Below, in pieces: positions 36,740 to 48,615 of a stretch of DNA of 64,000 nt. Positions within the stretch are counted from its first letter, which is position 1, and every line of letters starts with the position of its first letter. Position numbers and translations under genes: made by a program. The notes beneath the pieces were generated by a model. It made no database searches. It saw only the letters and a program-made list of their open reading frames with translations, and was not told where the DNA came from. Source of the DNA: Felis catus (lineage: Eukaryota); the NCBI RefSeq assembly GCF_018350175.1, contig NC_058373.1, positions 113,214,001 through 113,278,000 on the forward strand. The letters are read 5' to 3'.

Positions 36740-36950
36740 ACTTTTTTTAACGTTTATTTATTTTTGAGACAGAGAGAGACAGAGCATGAACAGGGGAGGG
36801 GCAGAGAGAGAGGGAGACACAGAATCTGAAACAGGCTCCAGGCTCTGAGCTGTCAGCACAGAGCCCGACGCGGGGCTCGAACTCACGGACTGCGAGATCG
36901 TGACCTGGCTGAAGTCGGACGCTTAACCGACTGTGCCACCCAGGTGCCCC
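36740..36950 (-). mobile_element. Young CAN-SINE (SINEC_Fc-like)
   Basis: Perfect TSD tacatttcttttaaaa at 36724-36739 and 36951-36966. Confidence 0.95.
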
Positions 36951-38674
36951 TACATTTCTTTTAAAATCAGGGACAAAAAATAAACTTTGAGATCAAAGAA
37001 AATGCTTTCATATATAATATCAATATTTTAATTTTTAGTGTGGAAGCCATAGTATACAGAAGCCACAGTCCAGTTACAGAATCAAAAAGAAGGGAGGGAA
37101 AGGAACTAAGGCACAAGACTTGGCATTAGCCAGTCTCTGCTTTATCCAGCTCTCCCATGGATTTAACTGAATGATCTGGGTTTTCCTCATTCCTAAATTA
37201 GGAATCATTGCTTCCTAACAAAAATTCATATAATGCCTTACAGTTAACATATCTTTTTCTTTGGGTAAGGCAGCTATTTTAACCCCCATTTTATAAATGA
37301 AGAAACCAAGGCTCAAAGAGATTGTATGGTTTCATCAAGGCCATATTGCTAGTAAAGGCAGAATGCAGGTCAAACTCAGGTCTTCTGACACTCCATCCAG
37401 GGTCTCATACGTCTGCACCTAAAAAATGTCAAATAAAATGAGGTACGTACGGGGCAGAGCAATCAGCTCCGGAAGCAGCCCTAAAAATAGCATCTGTGGC
37501 AATGAGTGGGTCCCCTGGTTTTTCACTCAAGAATGCTGAGACATACAAGCATACATAGTGTTGTGGGAATGAATGGGGAGTGACCCCCAGGTGAAGGTGG
37601 GCACAGTAATAGTAATTCTAGTGATTCAAGTACAGATTCACGGTGGAGAGCCATGGGACACAGCAAACCCTGCTGCACTAACACACGGAAAAGGATGCCA
37701 GCCCCTCCTTTGCCTTCTTGTCTTATCAAAGCAAGCTGGATTGGAGTCCGGTCTCCACATCCTAGCCAGATATCTTAAGTCTACTTGTTTAACCTTTTCT
37801 GCGGCTATAAAATAGCCATCTACAAAATAGAAATGGCAATATTACCCAAACCCATGGCTGTTGTAAGCTTAAGTAAGATAATTCAGGTATTTAGCATATC
37901 GTCAGGCACATATACATAGTTAAAAGTCTCTGCCACAGTAGGCAGCTAATAGTAATTCTCTGCACATCTCTCTCTGACCATGAAGTAGGGAAAAAGAGAG
38001 TCTTTCAAGTGTCTTTGTAGTCTCTAAAGTGCCTTGATAATGTTAGGTTCTCAGTCATCTTTTCTGAAAGACAAAAACTTCTCTGCCCTTCTACTAAGCA
38101 AACCATCCATAAAGTGGTTGCTCTTGTCCACTATAAGTAATTTCCTTGATGACTTTCAAGGGGAACCAGAAAGACTCCTGCATACTTGTTAGAGAGACTT
38201 GGTTCCCTGGGGGATGCCCTCTGACCACAAGTCAGGAGAGATGTGGCTCAAGAGGGTGATTTCAGTGGGGGGACTGGGCCCACAGCCAGATCAGGAAGGA
38301 CCTGGGAGGGAGCCTAGTGTAGAAATTGGAGGCCAATCCATCCCGGAGGCTGGGATAAGAAAAAGATAAGTGAAGTAGGAGCGGAGGAAGCATCAAAGTC
38401 AAAAGCAATTTCAAGTTTGGAATTATTTGGACCAGCTTTACAGGAAAGCAAGCTGGGTGAGAGACAACTGGAGGAAACTGAGGCCATCAATCCTCCCTAA
38501 CAAGCATACAGAAGTCTTTCAGAAAAGTTCTCATCTCAGAAAATACAGTCTTGGCAGTAAGAGAGGAGGTCAAAACAAACATCTGGGGGTTGATAACAGG
38601 GGAGTCTCTTTGTAACAGTCCCTTCTGGAAGTAGGAAGGAAAGAGTCATAAAGAGACTAAAGAGTGGGAACCTG

Positions 38675-39110
38675 CATCATTTAGGATTCTTTGGCTGCAA
38701 GCAACAGAAACCGACTTTAGCTATCTTAAGTCTAAAAGGAATTTCTTGGAAGGATATGCTCAGATGATACACAGATTTGAAGGGAATGCTGGCAAAATAG
38801 ACTCAGAACAGGCTCGAATCAGAACAGCTTTGGGAGCCCAGGTAATAGGAAGTAATTGAGAATCTTCTCAGGGTTCTGCCCCTAAACACTGGACTTCACT
38901 TTTTTTTAATCACTTCTGCTCAAGTGTTAGAGCCACACTTACCTAAGTTGAGTCATGCATCCACCTCTTGGCCAGGGGTGGGCCAGCAGGATACTCTGAC
39001 ATAGCTCTAACAGCACCCCACATCATGACTGAGAGGTAAGCAGTGAGAGAGAAATCACAGTGCTGTTCTCCAGAGGAGGAGAAAGGCTGCTGTGCAGCCC
39101 CATACAGTAA
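38675..39110. mobile_element. MLT1-type (MaLR) LTR remnant
   Basis: ttaggattctttggctgcaagcaacagaaacc...aaaggaattt...ggaagga terminus typical of old MLT1. Confidence 0.6.
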
Positions 39111-41443
39111 ATGTCCATGCCATGGGGGAAGCACAAGGAATTTACACCTGACTCAGTGTCCCTGTAGGGTTCTTGGCTGTGAAAGAAGGTGAAGAGAGAA
39201 ACACGTCAGCCCCAAGAAAGTAGCAGGAAGCTCTGAAAGTACCAGGACAGGAAGGCATATGTTACTGAATAAAATCCTTGCCCATGCTGGGGTTGGTATA
39301 GAGGTGGAAACAGGCAGGTGTTTTATGGATTTGCCCAACTCTGAGCTCTGCTCAGGAGTGGGTAAACTGTGATAAGGGAAGCAAGTGCAAAAGGTTGTTA
39401 TGGATGTCCTTGAATGTTTACAAAATGCCTCTGAAGGGGGGAAAGGGGTACCAGTAGCAAGGGGAAGAGGCATTAAACCCCAGGGAAATGGTCAAATTGA
39501 CTGCAGGTTTATCAGAAGTTTTGCTATCCATGTGTCTGTGTGGGAAAGGGGTATGAACTTTCACAGAGCTCTCAAAATAACGGGTGTATTCTTACTTTGG
39601 GGATATTTAAAAGTCGTGTCCTCTCCTTTTTTACTCATCAAAAAGAAAATGCAATAGATAAGGACTATGCAGTATTCATGAACACCTTGAGCCTGAAAAT
39701 GAAGAACTCACCATTCTATGATAATGTGAATTCATCCATAAAGCATTAAGACATTAATGTGTGTGCACTAAGACAGCCCTGAAAATTAGTGCGGTTTCAT
39801 GAGATTAGCAGTAAATTAGGGGGGAAAAGGCCAATGCTAAAAGAAATCAAAGTGAAAATATGAACATACACTGAAACTACATTACTTCATACTTCTAAGT
39901 GGTGAGTTTAACTGTGAAGGTTGTAAATTTGGTGGTGGGGGCAGCAGGGTGGTGGGGGGAGCAGGGATGAGATAGAGTTCATTATGAAACTTTGGAATCA
40001 TGGAGAGAGCCACCCCCACTCCCCAGCTGCTCTCACTTCCGACTCAGCAGTCAGCCCAGGTGCTGGGCAAATTGGAAAGAATTTCTGCCCTGGAGATTAG
40101 AAACCAAACGCCAAGCTGGTCACCTCCCCTCGTGCCTCCCTTTGCCAGGATACAAGGAGCTTAGTCGTCTGAGGAGGGACAAAGGGGTATTGTTAAGGGG
40201 AGCCTGCTTATGAGAAGGCTTTGCAACTAAAAGCTTTTATGCTGCTATCTAAGCCATTCTGCCGGGGCGGGGGCACGGGTGGACACTGTGTGCCTGTCCC
40301 GATCACTGTATCAGTTCAAAGAGAAACTTCAGCCAGACACAGTGATTGCAGAAGGATATCTTGGGACTTGGCAACACCAATAGGCTAAGAATTTCTATCA
40401 CAACATGTCATCCAAGTCCCAATTCTGGGCCCCACTAGGTCCTGGGATGGGTTAGAGTGGGAAAAATTTTCTTTTTGTAGATCTGAGGCAAAAGGTTCTG
40501 CCTTAGGAGCTGGCTGTGAGGCAGCCCAGCTTGGAGGTGGGGCGAAGGTGGGGGTGGGGTGCGCAGATTGCACCACCAAGGGTCAGATAAAACCTGTTTC
40601 AATTCTTTTTACCCTTCTTGTGTTGGCCCTGCTAGGAGGACTCTGCCATCTTCAGGAAAGGCGGTGTAAGCCTGAGAGGCTGATGATCCCAGGGACTCGA
40701 AGTTGTCTGGGGAATTAGTTCAATTAGGCATCCTCTTAGTCTCAGATGCTAATTAATTAATAAGTATGTATTTAGTGTTTTCTCTTCCCAAGCACTGTGC
40801 CGTTGTGAGGACTGAACCTGGCTTCAAGGAACTTGTTATTCAAATTCAACAACCATTAATGTACCACGCACTGTGCTAAGGATTAGGGTCATACAGGTAA
40901 AAAGACTGACACCTATGCATATGGGTATGAGAACAATATAGAATGGTCTATAACAAAGCATTATCCCATGCTCCTAGCTTTAAATTCTGTGCCTCCCATG
41001 CTGTGGAGGCTCTGCTTATTTGTGTTCCATGATGGAGCTGTTTCCATAACCTGCCTTTATCTCTACCACACTCTGTAAAGGAAACTCTGACTTTGGCTCA
41101 AAATTGTCTGATATTTGCGAATTTACACACTTCTCTCTGTCAAAAGACTCTTTGCCCCTCTTTCTTGCCCACAGCTTAGGTCAAGATTTGCTTGCTCTTA
41201 TGTCCTTCAGCAAAGTACATATCTGGGAAGGAAGCAATGCCATCTTTGGTGGACTTTTTTTCGTATCTGTGGGAAGTTATGTCAGATATCTAGGGTTGTG
41301 ACCGCCCCCCAGGGAATACAATAGTAGGGTCTAGGGACAGGGAGGGAAGAAGAGTGGGGTTTCCAATGAAAAAAAGGAAGAATGCAGAATTGCTGAGTGC
41401 TTTGTCTGGAACTGCATGTCCGCAATCAGAACACATAGGCTGA

Positions 41444-41662
41444 GGGGTGCCTGGGTGGTTCAGTCAGTTAGGCATCAGACTTCAGCTCAGGTCATGATCT
41501 CGCAGTCCGTGAGTTCGAGCCCCGCATCGGGCTCTGTGCTAACAGCTCAGAGCCTGGAGCCTGCTTCAGATTCTGTGTCTCCCTCTCTCTGACCACCCCC
41601 CCCCCCCTTCATGCTCTGTCTCTCTCTGTCTCAAAAATAAATACACATTAAAAAAAAAAAAA
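41444..41662 (+). mobile_element. CAN-SINE (SINEC_Fc-like)
   Basis: TSD agaacac(a/g)taggctga at 41428-41443 and 41663-41678. Confidence 0.95.
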
Positions 41663-43231
41663 AGAACACGTAGGCTGAGAAGGGAACTAGTTGCTCAGAG
41701 GCCTTATCTTAACCCAGTACATGACTTTATGGGTGCTCGTATGATGGGAAATTAATACTGTAGCCTATCTCTGAGCTTTTACTATTTAAATCCAAATTCT
41801 TGTTCTAGGAAGATACTGTGCCCGGTGGGTCCCACTCCCTGGCATAACTACTACTTGACCACCAGGCTAAATGGAGTTGGATGATGTCCCAGAAATCAAA
41901 GAAGGTCAAAGGAAGGGTCTGAGGGTCTCTGGTACTGCAGTTAAGGAGTGTGGATGAACATGGGTAAGTGTGGAAGAGTAAGAAGTGGTGGAGAGAAGGA
42001 AGAGGGACTTTCTCCTTGAAATCATTCACCATGTTGCTCCCACCCAGAACCTCATGAAGTTAGTCCTCTGGATGACTTCCAACTAGCCACATGTCCTTTC
42101 TTTCCTCAAGTGGAGAACATGGCTTAAATACATCATTTCCCTTGCAGGATGTAAATGGGCTTGGATTAGAACTAGGTCCAAGTTAACTCTGTACCCAGAC
42201 TTGTGTCTGCTCCTTGAAGACCTGGATGACTGCCAGACCACGAGAACATAGTGTGTAATAGGAATCCAGTAATGCTATTGTGGTCATAGCTTAATTGCTC
42301 TGAAGAGGTAATGGGGATCCAGGCAACATCAAAAGCATGTGAGTCCCCTCTGATCTGAACATTGATCCCCAACTCTCCAGGTGTCCACTTGCTATATATT
42401 CCCTCAGGGCTTTTACCAGTTCAAGGCAGTGACTCAAGGGGTTGGTATAAAACTTGAGGGATGGGAAGATATGAGGACACATTCTGGCTCATTGACTGGC
42501 AGACTGTGGCTTTATTGAGTTAGTTGTCAACTTCCCTGAATCTCAGCTTTCTGCATTACTGATGAGATCAATACTTTAAAAACATTTTAAAAGCTTTATT
42601 AGAAAAATGATTCATACTCCTTGTAAAACCTTCACATAATATGGAAAATAACAAGGCAGAGACTAAAACCATTACACCAAATTTCTACATCCAAAGATAA
42701 TCACTGTTAATGTTTGGGAAAAACATCTTCCACTCACGTTATGTACATAGATATATATGTAGTTATGTATATGTACCGTTTTACATAAAATCCTTCATAT
42801 TATATACACTTTTCTAGAAATTATTTCACTCGACATTAAGAAATGACTATCTTTCCATGTCAGAAAACATAATCCTCCAACAAATTTTAATGTCTGCATA
42901 CTTGATTTTCTAGATAAATCATAATAATAACTAGTAGGTCAGAAATGATGGATATTTAGGTTGTATCTTTCTTTTTTCTGTTATTTTATTTTTTTAATTT
43001 ACATCCAAATTAGTTAGCATATAGTGCAACAATGATTTCAGGAGTAGATTCCTTCATGCCCCTTACCCATTTAGCCCATCCCCCCTTCCCACAACCCCTG
43101 CAGTAACCCTCTGTTTGTTCTCCATATTTAAGTCTCTTATGTTTTGTCCCCCTCTCTGTTTTTATATTATTTTTGCTTCCCTTCCCTTATGTTCATCTTT
43201 TCTGTGTCTTAAAGTCCTCATATGAGTGAAG

Positions 43232-46200
43232 TCATATGATATTTGTCTTTCTCTGACTAATTTCCCTTAGCATAATACCCTCTAGTTCCATCCACATAGT
43301 CGCAAATGGCAAGATTTCATTCTTTTTGATTGCCAAGTAATACTCCATTGTATATACATACCACATCTTCTTTATCCATTCATCCATCAATGGACATTTG
43401 GGATCTTTCCATACTTTGGCTATTGTTGATACTGCTGCTATAAACATGAGGGTGCATATGTCCCTTCGAAACAGCACACCTGTATCACTTGGATAAATAC
43501 CTAGTAGTGCAATTGCTGGGTCGTAGAGTAGTTCTATTTTTAATTTTTTGAGAAACCACCATACTGTTTTCCAGAGTGGCTGCACCAGCTTGCATTCCCA
43601 CCAGCAATGCAAGAGATCCTCTTTCTCTGCATCCTCCCCAACATCTGTTGTTGCCTCAGTTGTTAATGTTAGCCATTCTGACAGGGGTGAGGTGGTATCT
43701 CATTGTGGTTTTGATTTGTATTTCCCTGATGATGAGTGATGTTGAGCATTTTTTCATGTGTTGGTTGGCCATCTGGATGTCTTCTTTGGAGAAGTATCTA
43801 TTCATATCTTTTGCCCATTTCTTCACTGGATTATTTGTTTTTTGGGTGTTGAGTTTGATAAGTTCTTTGTAGATTTTGGATACTAACCCTTTATCTGATA
43901 TGTCATTTGCAAATATCTTCTCCCATTCTGTCAGTTGCCTTTTAGTTTTGCTGATTGTTTTCCTTTGCTGTACAGAAGCTTTTTATTTTGATGAGGTCCC
44001 AATAGTTCACTTTTGCCTTTGTTTCCCTTGCCTCCAGAGATGTGTTGAGTAAGAAGTTGCTGTGGCCAACGTCAAAGAGGTTTTTGCCTGCTTTCTCCTC
44101 AGGGATTTTGATGGCTTCCTGTCTTACATTGAGGTCTTTCATCCATTTTGAGTTTATTTTTGTGTATGGTGTAAGAAAGTGGTCCAGGTTCTTTCTTCTG
44201 CATGTCACTGTCCAGTTTTCCCAGCACCACTTGCTGAAGATACTGTCTTTATTCCATTGGATAGTCTTTCCTGCTTTGTCAAAGATTAGTTGGCCATACA
44301 TTTGTGGGTCCATTGCTGGGTTCTCTATCCTGTTCCATTGATCTGACTGTCTGTTTTTGTGCCAGTACCATACTGTCTTGATGATTACAGCTTTGTAGTA
44401 TAGCTTGAAGTCCGGGATTGTGATGCCTCCTGCTTTGGTTTTCTTTTTCAAGATTGCTTTGGCTATTTGGGGTCTTTTCTGGTTCCATACAAATTTTAGG
44501 ATTATTTGTTCTAGCTTTGTGAAGAATGCTGGCGTTATTTTGATAGGGATTGTGTTGAATATGTAGATTGCTTTGGGTAGTATCAACATTTTAACAATAT
44601 TTTTTCTTCCTATCCAGGAGCATGGAATCGTTTTCCATTTTTTTGTGTTGTCTTCAATTTCTTTCATAAGCTTTCTGTCGTTTTCAGTGTATAGATTTTT
44701 CACCTCTTTGGTTAGATTTATTCCTAGGTATTTTATGGGTTTTGGTGCAACTGTAAATGGGATCGATTCTTTGATTTCTCTTTCTGTTGCTTCATTGTTG
44801 GTGTATAGGAATGCAATGAATTTCTGTGCATTGATTTTATATCCTGCCACTTTGCTGAATTCATCAATCAGTTCTAGCAGTTTTTTGGTGGAATCTTTTG
44901 GGTTTTCCGTATAGAGTATCATGTCATCTGCATCGAGTGAAAGTTTGACCTCTTCCTGGCTGATTTGGATGCCTTTTATTTCTTTGTGTTTTCTGATTGC
45001 TGAGGCTAAGACTTCCAATACTATGTTGAATAACAGTGGTGAGAGTGGACATCCCTGTCTTGTTCCTGACCTTAGGGGGAAAGCTCGCAGTTTTTCCCCA
45101 CTGAGGATGATATTAGTGTTGGGTCTTCCATATATGGCTTTTATGATCTTGAGGTATGATCCTTCTATCCCTACTTTCTTGAGGGTTTTTATCAAGAAAG
45201 GATGCTGTATTTTGTCAAATGCTTTCTCTGCATCTATTGAGAGGATCATATGGTTCTTGTCCTTTTATTGATGTGATGAATCACATTGATTGTTTTGCAA
45301 GTATTAAACCAGCCCTGCATCCCAGGTATAAATCCCACTTAGTCGTGGTGAATGATTTTTTTAATGTATTGTTGGATCTGGTTGGCTAATATCTTGTTGA
45401 GGATTTTTGCATCCATGTTCATCAGGGAAATTGGTCTATAGTTCTCCTTTTTAGTGGGGTTTTTGTCTGGTTTTGGAATCAAGGTAATACTGGCTTCATA
45501 GAAAGAGTTTGGAAGTTTTCCTTCCATTTCTGTTTTTGGGAAGAACTTCAGGAGAATAGGTGTTAACTCTTCCTTAAATGTTTGGTAGAATTCCCCTGGA
45601 AAGCCATCTGGCCCTGGACTCTTGTTTTTTGGAAGATTTTTGATTACTAATTCGACTTCTTTACTGGTTATGGGTCTGTTCAAATTTTCTATTTCTTCCT
45701 GTTTCAGTTTTGGTAGTGTATACGTGTCTAGGAATTTGTCCATTTCTTCCAGATTGCCCATTTTATTGGCATATAATTGCTCATAATATTCACTTATTAT
45801 TGTTTGTATTTCTGCTGTGTTGGTTGTGATCTCTCCTCTTTCATTCTTGATTTTATTTATTTGGGTCCTTTCCTTTTTCTTTTTGATCAAACTGGCTAGT
45901 GGTTTATCAATTTTTTTAATTCTTTCAAAGAACCAGCTTCTGGTTTCATTGATCTGTTCTACTGTTTTTTAGTTTCGATAGCATTAATTTCTGCTCTAAT
46001 CTTTATTATTTCGTGTCTTCTGCTGGTTTTGGGTTGTATTTGCTGTTCTTTTTCCAGCTCTTTAAGGCGTAAGGTTAGGTTGTGTATCTGAGATCTTTCT
46101 TCCTTCTTTAGAAAGGCCTGGATTGCTATATACTTTCCTCTTATGACCGCCTTTGCTGTGTCCCAGAGGTTTTGGGTTGTGGTGTTATCATTTTTATTGG

Positions 46201-47016
46201 CTTCCATGAAATTTTTAATTTCCTCCTCAACTTCTTGGTTAGCCCATTCATTCTTTAGTAGGATGTTCTTTAGTCTCCAAGTATTTGTTACCTTTCCAAA
46301 TTTTTTCTTGTGGTTGATTTTGAGTTTTATAGTGTTGTGGTCTGAAAACATGCACGGTATGATCTCAATCTTTTTGTACTTGTTGAGGGCTGATTTGTGT
46401 CCCGGTATTGGTCTATTCTGGAGAACGTTCCATGCGCACTGGAGAAGAATGTATATTCCGCTGCTTTAGGATGAAATGTTCTGAATATATCTGTTAAGTC
46501 CATCTGGTCCAGTGTGTCATTCAAAACCATTGTTTCCTTGTTGATTTTTTGATTAGATGATCTGTCCATTGCTGTGAGTGGGGAGTTGAAGTTCCCTACT
46601 ATTATGATATTACTATCAATGAGTTTATGTTTGTGATTAAATGATTTATATATTTGGGTGCTTCCACATTTGGTGCACAATGTTTACAATTGTTAGGTCT
46701 TCTTGGTGGATAGACCCCTTATGATATAATGCCTTTCCTCATCTCTTGATACAGTCTTTATTTTAAAGTCTAGATTGTCTGATATAAGTATGGCTACTCT
46801 GGCTTTCTTTTGTTGACCATTAGCATGATAGATGGTTCTCCATCCCCTTACTTTCAATCTGAAGGTGTCTTTAGGTCTAAAGTGGGTCTCTTGTAAACAG
46901 CATATAGATGGATCTTGTTTTCTTATCCATTCTGATACCCTATGTCTTTTTATTGGAGCATTGGGTTCATTGACATTTAGAGTGAGTACTGAAGGATATG
47001 AATTTATTGCCATCAT
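43232..47016 (-). pseudogene. L1 ORF2p (APE endonuclease / reverse transcriptase), fragmented
   Basis: ORF fragments 46693-47016 (TLNVN..., CCLQETH), 46327-46680, 45959-46351 (SDHN), 45339-45890 (PGPDGF, YRPISL), 43942-45249 (QGCPLSP; DADD in place of FADD; YLG) and 43232-43612 (CWWEC). Multiple frameshifts/stops. Confidence 0.95.
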
Positions 47017-47094
47017 GTTGCTTGTAGAGTTGGAGTTTCTGGTGGTGTTCTCTGGTCCTTTCTACTCTTTGTTTCCTTTGGTCTTTATTTATTA

Positions 47095-47123
<29 letters not shown>
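47095..47123. repeat. (GTT)n microsatellite in the L1 inter-ORF spacer
   Basis: Read directly between the ORF1 stop (47140) and the ORF2 start (47016). Confidence 0.93.
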
Positions 47124-47125
<2 letters not shown>

Positions 47126-47139
47126 CATCTTTTCTCTCC

Positions 47140-48018
47140 TCAGAGAGTCCCCCTTAAAATTTCTTGCAGGGCTGGTTTAGTGGTCACAAACTCCTTTAAT
47201 TTTTGTTTATCTGGGAAACTTTTAATCTCTCCTTCTATTTTGAATGACAGACTTGCTGGATAAAGAATTCTTGGCTGCATATTTTTCTGATTCAGCACAT
47301 TGAATATATCCTGCCACTCTTTTCTGGCCTGCCAAGTTTCTGTGGATAGGTCTGCTGCAAACCTGATCTGTCTTCCCTTGTAGGTTAAGGTCTTTTTTTC
47401 CCTTGCTGCTTTCATGATTCTCTCCTTGCCTGAGTATTTTGTGAATTTGTGTATGATATGCCTTGTTGATGGCCGGTTTTTGTTGACTATATTGGGAGTC
47501 CTCTGTGCTTCCTGGATTTTGATGTCTGTGTCTTTCCTCAGATTAGGAAAGTTTTCTGCTATGATTTGCTCACATAACTCTTCTACCCCTATTTCTCTCT
47601 CTTCCTCTTCTGGGACCTCTATGATTCTGATATTGTTCCTTTTTAATGAGTCACTGATTTCTCTGATTCTTAAATTGTGCTCTTTTGCCTTAATCTCCCT
47701 CTTTTTTTCTGCTTCATTATTCTCCATAAGTTTGTCCTCTATATCACTGATTCTGTGTTCTGCCTCATCCATCCTTTCCACCGTGGCACCCATTTGAGAT
47801 TGCAGCTCAGTTATAACATTTTTTATTTCATCCTGACTAGCTTTTACTTCTTTTATCTCCATAGAATGAGATTCTAATCTATTTTCGACTCCAGCTAGTA
47901 TTCTTATTATTGTGATTCTAAATTCTGGTTCCGACATCTTGCTTGTATCTGTGTTGGTTAAGTCCCTGGCTGTCGTTTCTTTCTGCTCTTTCTTTTGGGG
48001 TCAATTTCTTCGTTTCAT
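47140..48018 (-). pseudogene. L1 ORF1p (RNA-binding protein) with a premature stop at codon 6
   Basis: ATG at 48018 reads MKRRN* (TGA 48003-48001). The same frame reopens and runs 265 aa from Met at 47937, with a coiled-coil region, RNNIRII, ARKEWQ and YPASLSF motifs typical of L1 ORF1p. Confidence 0.92.
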
Positions 48019-48596
48019 CAATTTGAAGGGATAAAAGGAATTAATGAGGTAAAAAAAAATTTTAATTAAAAAAATTAAAATTAAAAAATATTAAAATTAA
48101 AAAATTAAAAACAAACAGACACACACAAAATTGAATAAATGATGCTAGATCCTAGGTGTGCTTTGGTCTGAGGCTTGATAGATTAGAGAAAAACAGGAAA
48201 AGAAAAAAAATAAAGCAAAAAAAGAAATCATTTGAAAATTTGAAAAAATGAATACACTGAAGTAGACTAAAATGAAATGATAGAAGTAAAACAGAATTTG
48301 AAAAAATTTACACAAAGGTAGAAAATATAGTAGAAAAAAATAAAGAAAAATATTTTTAATAAAAATTAAAAATGAAAATGCATTTTTTCTCTTTCTGTAG
48401 TCAAGAAAAAGAAAATAAACAAAAAAGAGGAAAAAAAAGAAAGAAAATTGAATAGATGGACTGGCAAACAGACTGAAATACAACTGTAATTACTTTGTTT
48501 TCCCCTAGAAGTCAAACTGTGAAGCGCTTTATAGTCCATAAACTAAGCAGGTGGAGAGACTTGTGTTCCTGAAGAGCGAGGTTGGCCCAGCTCCGT

Positions 48597-48615
48597 TCTC
48601 CACTAGATGGCACTG
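48597..48615 (+). promoter_or_regulatory. CTCF-like motif within the L1 5'UTR
   Basis: TCTCCACTAGATGGCACTG; the core CCACTAGATGGCAC fits CCASYAGRKGGCRS. Confidence 0.45.

Noticed and set aside
43548..47877. Plus-strand hydrophobic ORFs over the L1
   Set aside because: Antisense shadows of L1 ORF1/ORF2.
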